A DNA stretch of 59,805 nucleotides, filler included, from Sphacelaria rigidula (GCA_964200075.2; 9 parts of 9 records of this genome joined end to end with filler, not necessarily neighbours in it); one strand, 5' to 3'; positions 1-12,112 are shown, numbered from the whole stretch's first letter. Made by a program: numbers and translations. The notes: generated by a model from the letters alone, not told the origin.

Positions 1-38
1 TTTTCTGGAACAAAATTGCGAATAACTCCAAGGGCAGC

Positions 39-224
39 TCGAGTAGAGTATACTCAATTGCGGGGTATTTTGAAAGACGTACTTGAGGTACTCAAATTAG
101 GGTAGATTGTTTAGAGTCGTACCCAAAATATAACTGGAAAGCGATCCCTGAAACCCTACCCCCAGTTTGTGTACTTCAAGTACGACTTTCAAAATACCCC
201 GCGATTGAGTATACTCTACTCGAC
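39..224. mobile_element. MITE-like foldback element
   Basis: ~65-bp inverted arms (TCGAGTAGAGTATACTCAATTGCGGGGTATTTTGAAAG... / ...CTTTCAAAATACCCCGCGATTGAGTATACTCTACTCGA); related sequence near 52370-52430. Confidence 0.7.
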
Positions 225-239
225 CTACCAAAAAAAGCA

Positions 240-476
240 GGAAAGGTTGGGTATTCGCACATACGTCCTGTACATCGTGTCAAAATTTCATCGAAAACGG
301 CTTGAAATTGAACAGCAAGAATGCGTCGGAACTATTCGTAAATCGTCCACCTCCATGTTACACGAACCGATTTTCGACGGAATGACGCAAATTTCTCGCT
401 CAATTTTGGATCGCTTTCGACGAAATTTTGACACGATGTACAGGACAGGACGTATGTGCGAATACCCAACCTTTCC
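240..476. mobile_element. MITE-like element; a third arm copy lies at ~592-680
   Basis: Inverted arms GGAAAGGTTGGGTATTCGCACATACGTCCTGTACATCGTGTCAAAATTTC / GAAATTTTGACACGATGTACAGG...CGTATGTGCGAATACCCAACCTTTCC. Confidence 0.7.
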
Positions 477-724
477 CCCTACGTTTTTTTTTTTTTTCCC
501 ACGTGAGTTATTGGCGACGGAACATTTCAGAACAGTTTTTTCGGAACAAATTTGCCAATAACTCACGAAGAGAAGGAAAATAACACGGAGGGAAAAGGTC
601 GAGTAATTCGCACATACGTGCTGTACATCGTGTCAAAATTTCATCGAAATCGATCCAAAATTGAGCGAAGAATATGCGTTTTAACATTCCCGGCGGCTTC
701 TGGGGCGGCCCAGCTCGTACTGCC

Positions 725-921
725 AAGAGATCGGGCTGATGGGCGGACATGATGAAAATTGCGGCAACTCCGCGAAGAAAAGTTGACATGTTAGGCATTG
801 CGCGGTCGAATAGGCTTGTTATCTGAGTTTTTGGAGTGCGGGTGCTGCCGTGTGCCAGCCGTCGAGAGCCGTTTACCAAACTGTTGTTGTTACTGTTGTC
901 CTCACATTCAAGAACCGTTCT
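725..921 (-). repeat. ~200-bp dispersed repeat, inverted partner of 2826-3022
   Basis: Reverse complement aligns over its length with 2826-3022. Confidence 0.85.
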
Positions 922-2241
922 TATGCGGACGCCTTCCGTGGTCAAGGGCTAACTACCCCTAAGCTAGGGTAGAGGAAAAATCATCAAATGAAATCAGACG
1001 CGAAACGATTCACACAGACGCGGTATAAATTAAGGAATAAAAAATAAAGAATGGTTGACACGAAAAATTAGGCTGCTGTGACCGCAGACCTCGGTAAACA
1101 CAACCCCTCTTCACCCATTTGTTTCTGTGTTAGGGTTAGGGTTAGCGTTAGTGTCACGGTTAGTTTGTTCGAAAAAAATCAAGCTTAGATTTTGGCGGCC
1201 GAAGGTTTCCCTTTCGTCTGTTCTTGCACGTATTTTACACGTATGAACGTATCGTATGACATCAAGTATGAACGTATTGCGAGTCCATGAGCGCACGGCG
1301 TACCGTCTGCAGCGACAAGGCATACGTCCAAGTTACTGTACGGTTGTCCTCACGTGCATGCATATATTTGGTGTCGAAGCGGGCGATTTCCTCCAACGCT
1401 GCTACGAGCAAGCTCTGCAGTGAACAAAAACAACTTGCGGAATTGTTCGAAGTAAGGTACAGTATTACTCAGCAGCCGCAGAGACGAATGCAAACTTGTG
1501 AAAACAACAGCACCGAACGTTTCTGTGAACAGGACCAGTGAGAGGTTCTTTGAAAGAACTATAATGTATGTTGGACTCTCACAAGGGGGATTCACACAAC
1601 AACAGGGAAAAATGGGCGCGAAGAGGGGTTGCGTATACCGAGGTCTGCGGTCACAGCAGCCTAATTTTTCGTGTCAACAAAGGTCTGTCAAAAGTATATT
1701 TCGGGACACGTAGGCGAAGATCGAAAATTCGAGTTTTTGAGGGGCGAGGGGACACCCAGCCATGTGTCCCCTGGTTTTTTGCCGAAGCGTTGGCAGATGC
1801 GATCAGCTGCCGTAGAGAGAAGAGATTCTTACACATTATATCACGGTCAGGACAAATAATGATTCGTCAGGAAATTACTTGGTTTTAGTATAATAAGTTG
1901 ACTCGTGATGAANNNNNNNNNNCCCTTTCAGGCAATCAGGCAAAAGAAATCGTGAATTTGGTGATTTTGAGTCGTGATGATTTGTCCTAACCGTGCATTA
2001 TATGATAGAAGTATATGATATTTTATATATTTTATATATTTTGTACCATACAATACAGGTCTATGTTTCACAAATGCTTATTCTCCTTAATATATACAAT
2101 GCTGTATATAATTATATACATGAAAATTCATCAAGGGGCAGCATATACTGTATTATATAAATATATATAGATGCTACATAATGTATAGCATATGATCCTT
2201 TTATTCTATATATTATAAGTACATGAATAAATATGTAGAGG

Positions 2242-2495
2242 AGCAGAAGCAAACATGTACCCCGCAAGGCCCACCAAACTCTTCGGATTTTGTCAATGTT
2301 CACTGATCAATTTCTTGCAACAAAGTTATTAAAAAAAAAAAAAACAGGATAATTCTCATTGTCGGAAAAATGCCCTTCGGCATCTGAGGTCATCGGGACA
2401 GAACAGGCAAGAAGCAGAAGCAGATACGATCCCCACAAAGCCCACCAGACTGTTCGGTTTTTGTCAGCGTTTATTGATCAATTTCTTGTAACAAA
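2242..2495 (+). repeat. Local ~85-bp direct duplication
   Basis: GCAGAAGCA...GCCCACCA...TTCGG...TTTGTCA...TGATCAATTTCTTG..ACAAA occurs at ~2242 and ~2414. Confidence 0.75.
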
Positions 2496-2825
2496 ATGAA
2501 CCGAAATAATCGGAACAGCGTTTATCGATCAATTCCTTGCGAGAAACTTGACAAAGAAAATCGAAAAAATCATGACAATTTTCGAAAAAATGCCCCCCGG
2601 GAGGCGTGGGGAGGGGCGACGTGTCCGAAAATTTCGCTCGACAGACCCTTGGTGTCAACTATTTTGTATTTTGTATTTTTTTATGTTGTATCGCGTCTGT
2701 GTGACTCGTTTCTGGGCCCCATTTTATTTCATGATTCTTCCTTTACCCTAACTTGGGCTAGTTAGCCTGTGACCACGGAAGGCGTCCGCATCAGATGCCC
2801 AGTAAATAGTACTGCGCAGATATCG

Positions 2826-3022
2826 GAACGGTTCTTGAATGTGAGGACAACAACAACACCAACAGTTTGGTAAACGGCTCTCGACGGCTGGCACATGACA
2901 GCACCCGCACTCCAAAAACTCAGATGACGAGCCTGTTTGACCGCGCAATGTTCAACATTTCAATTTTTCTTCGTAGACTTGCCGTAATTTTCATCATGTC
3001 CGCACATCAGCCCGATCTCTCG
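2826..3022 (+). repeat. ~200-bp dispersed repeat, inverted partner of 725-921
   Basis: See 725-921. Confidence 0.85.
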
Positions 3023-3104
3023 GCCGGAGGTGACTTTGCCACTCAGTAGTTGACAGATATTTCTCGGAAATTTGTGGTTTGTGCAGGTGCTAATGCATTT
3101 CGAA

Positions 3105-3550
3105 TAACACCAACCCTAACCCTAACCCTAACCCCAACCCCAACGAAGACATACTGAAAACCCTCGGGCAAGGGGGGTGCAACGTGCTCCCTGGGCGAAG
3201 TGTGTGTTGCCAGACCTCAAATCGGCGCCCCAGGCGCCGATTTAGACAAAAGCGCATTCTGCGCACGCTAGCAGCACGGCAGGAGCATAGCCCCCTCCAA
3301 AGATCCGGATTTCGGTGTTCACACTCAAATCCAATACTGCACCTGTTCACAAGCCGGAAATTTCCGAGAACTCTTTGTCAACTACCGAGTGGTGGAGTCT
3401 ACTGCTCGGCCGTGGACCTGAAGAAATGTACGTGAACAATGGTTGGTACAACGCATACTTTGCCTAACGAACACTTTGCATCCCCTTGCCCGAGGGTTCT
3501 CGGTGTGCCTGCGTTGGGGTTAGGGTTAGCGTTAGCGTTAGGGCCGTTCT
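3105..3550. mobile_element. MITE-like element with telomeric-type (CCCTAA)n/(TTAGGG)n inverted ends
   Basis: Arms ~3112-3190 and ~3469-3543 are inverted and begin with telomere-like hexamers; internal hairpin AAATCGGCGCC-CCA-GGCGCCGATTT; diverged second copy from ~38235. Confidence 0.7.
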
Positions 3551-3555
3551 TAACT

Positions 3556-4357
3556 CAGGGGATAATCCCCGTTGTCAAAATCCCCTTCTTGAAAAACAAC
3601 CGCTGATTGGTCGCTGCAATACCCCCCCACCAAAAATAAAAAAAGACTCAACGCGCGCAGAAATCCTCTTGGTTGGATTTTAGGAAGTATAAAAAACACT
3701 TGCTGAAATCCACTCTCTGCATCTCGAAGGGAACATTTTTGTCGCGTTGACAGGGGCACATGCAAAGGCGTACCACACAACCCGACACAATCAGAGCTGA
3801 CCCTAAGGAACTTGGTGATCCTGCAAACCAAAAACACGCTGCTCGAGCCGTAGCAAATCATCAGCTGTGCACGTTGTGCGTGACCTTGCTCAAATCTGTT
3901 TAGAAGTCACTTGAGGATGATGATTCGTTTGAGACTCGCGCACACCCCACGCATACAAAACGGGTCAGCAAGGATACGTTTTCGGTTGTTTTTGATACCC
4001 ACGCGGCCGCCATTCGTCCAATACAAGTCGAATTTCGGTCAAACAAAGACTGACGTGTGTAGATTAGCAAGGACTAGCAGTGAAACTGATGCGCGTGAGT
4101 GGTGGGTGTCTGTGCGTGTTTTTTCAGGGCTGGGTGTGTATGTGTTGTGTTGCCTTGTTGCGTGATGTCTGCAGCATTACGCAGACCTTGGACCTGCTCG
4201 GACTAACGACCAGTTCCAGACCCGCCGCATTTCTGAACCTGCGTGTAGATATGGGATCCAATCTGTACAAAACTGCTTGTGGATGGGACTCGGGACTGGT
4301 CGTCATGGGGCCCATCCCCTGTCTAAAAGGGATTGTGAAAAAGGGGATAATCCCCTG
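3556..4357 (+). mobile_element. Non-autonomous TIR DNA transposon, ~800 bp (hAT-like CAGGGG termini)
   Basis: Termini CAGGGGATAATCCCC / GGGGATAATCCCCTG; other copies at 14413-15162 (inverted) and 50635-51671; no clear TSD. Confidence 0.7.
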
Positions 4358-5754
4358 TGTTCTAGACGGCGAGAGTAAGCCGTGTCTTGAAACGGTATCA
4401 ATTCGACTTGAAGGAAGTATGCATGATTCAGATGGACTACCCTCGCGGTCTAAGGATTAAGAAGGGCCCTGAGGTTATAGTTTGTTCGAAATGATCAATT
4501 CTCGAGAAATTTCTCACCCTCCCAAGTGGTGAGCTAACCTCAAAGCTCTACTAAACCCTGGGCGTACTCGAGTGTTTTTCATGCATTTTCGTCAATTATT
4601 GGGAAAACGTTGATTTCAACTTTTGAGGAGCAGTGTACCGTCGGGGTTCGAATTCGTGACCTTCATAACTGGAGTCTCCTGTATTACTTGAATTAAAGGA
4701 GCGCAGCGGTGTCACACAAAAAGTGCCCTGCTGCGCCCAAATTGAGGTATTTTTGGCCGAAATTGCACCAGGATCTCCTGCACACAAGTACGCACAAAAA
4801 CCCGAGGGATGTTGACTCCGACGTATTTCTTTATTTTCACGGAGTTATAGCATTTTTCCAGTTTATGCAGAAAGTTTGAATCGCTCTTTTATAGCTTCAT
4901 GTTTCTTTTTTCGTTGCATCCCCCGGAAGGTTGTGCGTATTGACAATGAAGATGTGTCGAAATTTCAGCGCCCAACTTCTCGAGTTACCCACAGCCGGGC
5001 CTGGAAACATTAATAGACCACTGTCAGCTGGCCCAGCTCGTACTCGGGAATGAAAAATCGAGCTTCAAGGTTAACAGGCAATCGAGTTTACTCGAACACA
5101 CCAGCGCGAGTACCTACAGCATCCAAAACTCGAAACTTGGAGTGGAGTACAGTGCAGTTGTCTCGTGAAGTTTCCTCGCACTTGTCCGTGTTCAAACTTA
5201 AATTGTCGGCCTTTTCACGCAAGAGCATGTTGGGCGAGACGCTAATTCGACCTCGGTTCGACTTTTATTCCAAGTAGACAAGAAGAATCTTTGTGTTCCC
5301 CACAGTGCACTTGCCCCTCGCTTTTTCGCTCAACTCGTCTTCATCTACGTCCGAGAACATGTCGGGAAGAGTGTACAGACTGCTTCGCGCTCATCACCGA
5401 GATTGTGTCATCAGCAAATGCCTGCGCAGTATCTACCCAATAGTCGCATACATAACATCATACTGACCGCCATGGACAGCTGAAGAGCGTGACATAGCCG
5501 GATCTATGTTTAAGGCCATAGTGGTCGCGCTAAGTGCGAAAAAGTACCTTGGCCAATCAGCTCCACCCAGTCTTCTGAAATCAAAGATACGAATTCCAAC
5601 CCCAATTTTCATTCAATCTCCACATGCATCAAATCGTGGTATCCGCCATTGGCTCGGGAATCTAATGAAAAAAACAGATTTGAAAACGGTTACTAAGGCC
5701 GGATGTTATGGCACACAGATTTTTGGCCCGCGGATTGTTCACTTTTGAGACGTT

Positions 5755-5940
5755 TGACTCCCTCTTTGACCCCCAAACAGAGAAAATCGCCAACACCCGT
5801 CTCGGACACTTTGCATCACCCCACAGGGAGGAGCCTAGTCTGCTTTTCAGATTCGCTCGGCTCCTCTCTGTGGGGTGATGCAAAGTGTCCGATACGTGTG
5901 TTGACGAGTTTCACTGGTCGGGGGTCACAAAGTGGCTCAA
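5755..5940. mobile_element. Foldback MITE-like hairpin
   Basis: Arms ...CGGACACTTTGCATCACCCCACAG... / ...CTGTGGGGTGATGCAAAGTGTCCG... with imperfect outer extension. Confidence 0.7.
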
Positions 5941-6557
5941 CAGTGTTGTTCCTTTTCAATATTATGGAGGCATTTTACTGAAATTATAATTCATTATCCG
6001 CGGCGTCAATCGAAGACGGTCATACTCGAAGGCCTAATATATGCTGAGACTAAAGAGGGCGGACGTCCTTGGAAGAGAGGTCTCCACACCAGCACAGATA
6101 CCTGGCGCTACAGACCAGCTTTCGCACGTTTGACAGCCGGATGGGAAAGGATGCCCATCACTACGAATGCAGAAAGCGTTTATTGCACGATATGTATCCG
6201 CGCAATTGTAAGTTGACACTGTGTGTTCCCAGTGCCAGTAAAACGAGTACTGTAGAACTGACTACGATGCGAGCCACGCCTCGACAGGGCTAGGATACCC
6301 GCGATCCATTCGTGCAAAAAAAACAAATTGCAACTCGCACTCTGTTCTATTATGGAACCAAGTGAAAACTCTGCACAAGGGTGATCATGCGCCTGCCAGA
6401 GAAAGGTAAATATCTTCACGTTGGAGCACACTACGGAAGAATATCTGATTGATTCTGATAGAAGAAAACTACAGCAACTGCCCCTGTCATTTTCAGACCG
6501 TCGTTGTAACGCCCAAGCTAGGTCTGACACTGTGAGGGAGGAGATGTTGTCCCCTGC
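5941..6557 (+). repeat. Unclassified interspersed repeat (copy 1)
   Basis: Colinear with 25583-26206 over ~620 bp. Confidence 0.85.
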
Positions 6558-6657
6558 NNNNNNNNNNNNNNNNNNNNNNNNNNNNNNNNNNNNNNNNNNN
6601 NTTAATTAATTAANNNNNNNNNNNNNNNNNNNNNNNNNNNNNNNNNNNNNNNNNNNN
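6558..6657. other. Artificial contig linker (44N-TTAATTAATTAA-44N)
   Basis: 100-bp spacer with stops in all six frames; identical at 8 positions. Confidence 0.98.
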
Positions 6658-6725
6658 AAAGGGATGCGTGGTCAATGGTCAAATGACTAAGGCAAGCAAC
6701 AAATGAGTACGCCTCCCCCCCCCGT
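6658..6725 (+). repeat. High-copy short repeat (GGGATGCGTGGTCAATGGTCAAA.GACTAAGGCAAGC family)
   Basis: Also at 13147-13214(-), 33683-33755(-), 38620-38700(+), 39770-39838(-); lies at three contig ends. Confidence 0.85.
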
Positions 6726-7477
6726 TTGATTGTCTACGCCCGGGATGGATGACAAAAAGGATATGGACGAGCCATGCGTGTTAGAAAAGCTTCGGGGCTA
6801 TGTGACCTTTGCTCCGGTTGTGAAGATATCAATTTCAACCATGTACTCATAGTTATTTAAAATTATTGATATATGAGTGATCGTTTGCATGTACAACTTC
6901 TGGATGTATCATACTTTGATTACTACACCCGCAGTGGTGGATCAACAGCCAGTGGGCTGCATGCGGCCAACATCAGTCGTTGATAATATCAAAAAGGGAC
7001 CGTCTACCAATTTCCCAGTTGTCACCCATGAATGGGATAATCAACTCAACTCCACAACGATTGGGCGGCTACGAAGGAAACCGTGAGCCGAGAGGTCTGC
7101 ACGAGGCTGCCAGACGAATGCTCCGTGAGCTCCCGTTGAGGGTCTACTGTGCGCGCCCCGACAATCAATTCAAAGTTGACGGTCTATCCGTATGTGCTAT
7201 GACCGTCGCCGGGACAGGGCTATATTCTTCTGGTCTTGAGAATCCACGGGTTCTACACATTCTTTGCCGAGATGTACACCGGAAAGAAACCGACGAGGGT
7301 TGTTGGCTGGTACTGAACGACTAATGTAATTATCGTGGATACTATGCACATTACTAGTATGTAAGCCAGCCATTGGGTGGATAAACGAAAAAGTTGTATG
7401 GACCAATAATATGCTTGCACCACACAGTAAGCAGGCAGGAAATCATCGCATACAGGGAAATGGGCGAGAACGAAGGC

Positions 7478-7730
7478 TCAACATGTCGAGACCGTGTGTA
7501 ATGCATGAGAGGACCGCGTGCTTAGAGGACCGCATCGGAATTCGAACACTCCTATGGTTAGGGTTAGGGTTAGGGCTAGGGTTAGGGTTAGGGTCGGGGG
7601 CGTGGTACCTGCAGGGACTGACCCAATTGGATTTGAAAAACGTCGATCCTGAGATATTTTTAACTACGGCGCGGTCCTCTAAGCACGCGATCCTCTCACG
7701 TATTACACCGTGCTTGTCCGAACATGTTGA
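7478..7730. mobile_element. MITE-like element with internal (TTAGGG)n tract
   Basis: 37-bp inverted arms 7497-7533 / 7671-7707 plus outer TCAACATGT/ACATGTTGA; about six telomeric hexamers at 7556-7593. Confidence 0.7.
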
Positions 7731-8299
7731 CAAGAGCCAGAGTTCCCATGCGTGCCCGAACAGGTTGACAGGGATCGAAGTCCAGGAAATTATCCTCGGC
7801 TGTCCCCGACATGGGAAACCATGGCCAAATGCAGACGCATGAATCTGTCTTGTCCGGTCAGGTTGCTGTTCCCTTCGTTCTCCTTTCCCTTTCTTGTATC
7901 CGCTTTCCTTTTATGCTGGAGGAGCGCTGCCGTCCATTCTACTTGCTCCATCGTTTCTCACGCCCGTTGATGATTCGGGAATGTTTCCAACCACGTCCCG
8001 CCCTCTGAGCTCACAGAGGATGCAATATACTGTTATTGATAACCCGGGGTGCGTTTAATCGGTGTTGTTACATCCATGTGGTACGTGCGTGCAGGTTTAT
8101 CGTTCCGAGTACCGCATAGCCAACTCAAAATCGACGAAATATGAGTGGAAACCCCTTGAATCCTCAAGCTCAGCCCTTCGACCCGCCGGGGTCAGCCCAA
8201 CAACCTCCTGTGCAAGCTCCTCAGCAGCAGTAGGTCGTCGTACCTTTTCAGCAGCAGCAGGTTGTCGCGCCCCCTCATCAGCAGGTTGTTGCACCTGTC

Positions 8300-10030
8300 T
8301 TGCAGCAGCAGGCTGCCGCGCAGCAGCAGATTCTTCATCAGCAACAGCAGGTCCACCTTGCCCCCAGGCACCAGAACGTCCCGCCGTCTGTCCCTGCGCC
8401 TCCTCAGCAGGTCAGTGGGCCCCGCAAGCGCCGGCTGCCGGGAATTTCGCTATTTCCTAGCTGCCGCCTCCGCCGCCGTTGCCCCCGCAGCGCCGCTCTC
8501 GGTATACGGTTGCGCCCGACCCGGTCAGTCTCTACTGCAACCCATTCTATGGGTCGCTGAATCCGTCCGGTACAACCCTAGCTGCTCAATCCAGGTCGGA
8601 TGGATTGACACCGTACGGAGCCACGTACCCTCGCATTCCCGCACCTCCTGCCCAGCCGTTCGATCGGAATTGGTCTGCGATACTGAGACACCAGGAAGTG
8701 GTAGCACGCCAGACCTCAAACGTAGCCAAGCTCTTGATAGCTAAGGATGCGGACACTGTAGTGTATAAGGGACGGTCCGTAGACTGGACTGGAGATTTAA
8801 CTTGCCGTAATCCCGCGGTTTTGTTCGTAACCATTTTCGTACTGCATGAGCGGCGTATGAAGGGGTAAGTTGCAGGGTACCCACAGACCTTCGCTTGACT
8901 GCCAAGCCGCTGAAACCACAAGCGGACCGATACACGGGCGGGCGTAGGGATCTACTCATGCGTGTTGTGCTACCCACCTCAGCCACCTGTACCGAAATGA
9001 CGAATTGGAGAGGGGCTACTACCGAGGTGCCCGGCGTAGCAGGCGACATAATGCGAGTACCGTTTGGAGATGTCACCGCCCTGGAATGGCTCAGGAAGTT
9101 AGTAGCCAAGCAGACCAAGATGGGTATAGGCCATGCAGAAATAGCTCTTAAAATCGTAGAGCTACTAAAGAATGAGAGCGACGTAGGGGCCGCTCACCGC
9201 CCCGTACGGTTGGTCATGGTAGCCACGATTTCCCCGTCCTTCCCGCACCATGCTGAAGAGGAATAATTCTGGAGAGCGGCCTCGGAGACTCTAATCTTGC
9301 GGTTGTGCGGAAGCTTTCACCGACTGGTGATGCCCAACACGACAGCACAGTTGGTAGCAAACACGCTGCTTCAAATCCCCAACAAATCTTTGGAGGATGA
9401 CGCCCGTATGCTGCCAGTCAACTACGGCGATCCGATCAGCCCCACGATGAAGAGGAGAGGGCAAACCACTCATCGCATCTATAACGACTACGTGTCGGCC
9501 CTTCAGCGCCACTGCGAGCGGGCCAACACTACGGGCGACGTTATGAACCACGCAGCTGCAGCGTTGACGCGCTCTACTAAAGTCACGCAGGGCACCAATA
9601 TCCGCGGGGTTGGTGGCGACCAAGGAGCGACTGCTGCGTGAAAACGCGGAAGAACAAGCCATCGAAGATAAGTTTAACTCCGTCGCCGCTTTTATTAACC
9701 AGAAGACATCAACGCCACGCGGTGGCACACCGTTCGGAGCTTCCCCTCCCGCTAGGGATACGCAGAAGCGCTCACGGGAAGGGTCGGCCAAACCGACCAT
9801 GCGTGTCAAGTTTGATACGCAGGGCGACGCACCGACGACCGGTTTCATCCCCGCATGTAACGCACCCCAAGGGGGCGCGACGTCGCCGTACGATTGTTGG
9901 TTGTGTGCTTCAATCACGCATACGGGCGTGATTGTAGCCGCCGTGAAAATGGGAGTCGCAACTACTCCCACATCATCCCTCTCGGCAATTATAAGCAGCC
10001 CGACAAGCCCCAAGCCAGGGAAAAGCCGAA
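8300..10030 (+). pseudogene. gag: Gypsy gag remnant with Q/P-rich N-terminus and frameshifted CX2CX4HX4C zinc knuckle
   Basis: CWLCASITHT(G)RDC at 9895-9935, broken by a 1-nt deletion; homologous to the ORF at 44684-46494. Confidence 0.75.
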
Positions 10031-10289
10031 AACAAGGAGGGATAGGCTGATGAGCTTGCAGCTGGGGAACTTGTTCAGCTTGATCGACAATGAGCACAAC
10101 GATCGGGGGTTGTCCCACAGCCTGAACAGTCAGGAAATCTTGTGTGAAAAGGAAGGAGCCGAGATCGTTGACTCGCTCAGCAAGCGTTTCGACGCCGCGA
10201 ACGATGGACGAGGGTGCGCCCTGGGGCCGCGATCTCCGGAGGACCGCGTGTATACAAACTTTTTAGCCGGGGTGAGTAGTAAGGACGCA

Positions 10290-10680
10290 CAGCAGCTGTG
10301 GGTACAAGCTAGAGTTTGGCACCACAGTAGGAGTAGCCACGACTTACCAGTAACGGTGTTACTGGACACCGGGGCAGGGGGGGAGAATTATGCATCAGTA
10401 CAGTGGTGTAAGTCGTTGGTAACATCGGGTAAATTAGCAAGCAAGTTACAACGACAGGGAGCAGTGTTTTTGAGGGCTGCGAACCCTAATAACAGTAGGA
10501 CACCGCCGATGAAGATCCTAGGGTCAGCGGTAATTCCAATTCGTTTCCACCCAGAAGACAGAATAAGGGAGGTATGAGCTCGGGTGGTCGATGGGTTACC
10601 GTACGGATTCATTTTGGGAGCAAGTTTCTTCAGAAGAAACAAGAGCACGTTATCTTTTGATGGTCGATCGGGATTTCGGC
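10290..10680 (+). pseudogene. pol: Retroviral-type aspartic protease remnant
   Basis: VTVLLDTGAGGENY (DTG at 10365) and downstream VVDGLPYGFILGASFF; in-frame stop at 10575. Confidence 0.88.
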
Positions 10681-11539
10681 CTTCGCCGGAGGCACCATGG
10701 GTAAGGCTCGTGTCTAACGGTTCACCAAAAGTCGGAGCTGTTGACACCGGCCACCTCACCAGCCAAGGAGATTCGGCAGGGTGGGATCTATTCTGTGCGG
10801 TCAAGCCAAGCGCGCCCAGTGACGATCCGACGGGGATGTTGTATGGTGAGAGCGACCTGGCAGCATGGGACGAGGTATGGAAAAGCTTCGGAGCGGCGTG
10901 GGAGGACGATGCTACGCTTCAGTGGCCACTGCACCTGACGGAGGACGTGCGTTTAGAAGGTTTCGTTAGCGAGCTAGTCCTAGGCTACGTACGAGGGCCT
11001 CTACCGCAGGAGCGGCAACTCGTGTTGATCGAACCTTGGAAGGCGTTCGATTTAGATGAGGAGTCAGAGGTAGGGGTAGCCAGAGGAGTCCAGTGGTGGA
11101 GCCCACAGTTACCATTAGTATGTAAGGTGGGCAACATCGCCAAGAGTGCTCGCCTTGTGAGAAAGGGTATGGTAGTGGCAAAGGTCCTGGCCGTGAATGT
11201 TCGAGATCGCGAGCGAATGCAAAGTCTGTACGTTTCCGACTCCGGCACAACGCTTAAGTCGAAGGTGGAGGATAGAGGGACTGCGTCAGTCCCTTCCAAA
11301 CAGCTGCCGGAATCGGCGGAAGTGAAGGAGAGTGACACGACCGAGTCCATAGGAGTAAATCTCACGGAGGTAAACATGGGCCAGTTGGGTCCAAAGCAGA
11401 AGGTCCAGCTGCTATCTTTGTCGAGCGACTTTAACGAAGCAGGCCTTTTTGCGGTGGATCCTAAGCGAGTGAAGGCCGCCCGTGGAGAACCGTTACGTCT
11501 ACAGCTAAAACACTCCAGATGTCAAAAAAATTCTACCGG

Positions 11540-12040
11540 CACTAGGCGGTACTCGCCAGAACAGGAAAAGGCTATTCAAGACGAGATCAACAAGCTCGTG
11601 AAGCGGGGGATCATCGAGCCGTCGACGTCAGCACAGGCAGCTGCTTGCGTCACGATGCGGAAAAAAGACTGTAGTTTACGGTTGTGTCTAGATTATCGTG
11701 GACTGAACAAACTTCCCGAGTCATACACCGGCGGTTTGAGGGATATGCAGACCATGTATAGTGGGCTAGCAGAATATAAGTACTTCACGAGTGTTGATTT
11801 AGCGAGTGGGTTTTTTCCAGTTGGCGGTGGCACAAGAGGACCGACACCTAACAGCCTTTCGCGATGCGCAGGGTCACTCATGGCAATACCAACGTTGTGG
11901 ATTCGGACTCAAGGTATTGCCTACAACGTTTCACCGAACAGTGTCAGAAGCGTTGTTGCCGGCGAGGGATGTCAAGAACTGGTTGGATGGCATCTTGTGG
12001 CCTAGTGCGACATTCGCCAGTTACATGACGGGGTGGAGAG
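11540..12040 (+). pseudogene. pol: Gypsy reverse transcriptase remnant, 3' truncated
   Basis: GIIEPSTS...RLCLDYRGLN...SVDLASGF(fs)FQL...TAF...CGFGLK...WLDG (YxDD decayed); RT thumb and RNase H missing. Confidence 0.93.
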
Positions 12041-12112
12041 TCGTATCCACCGGAAACGGGGGACGCGGTTACCGTTGGCTTTGAGCATCCCATGCCGGGA
12101 CCGGTGGAGGAA

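Noticed and set aside
4625..4705. Minus-strand tRNA-like sequence (also ~41045-41110)
   Set aside because: Only a B-box-like TTCGAA segment is recognisable; too decayed to call.
6602..6613. TTAATTAATTAA as a biological motif
   Set aside because: Six-frame stop linker placed between N runs by the assembly pipeline.
7556..7593. Chromosome end or telomere fusion
   Set aside because: Short tract internal to an inverted-repeat element in mid-contig.
9291..10118. 275-aa minus-strand ORF
   Set aside because: Antisense shadow of the GC-rich gag region with no recognisable domain.
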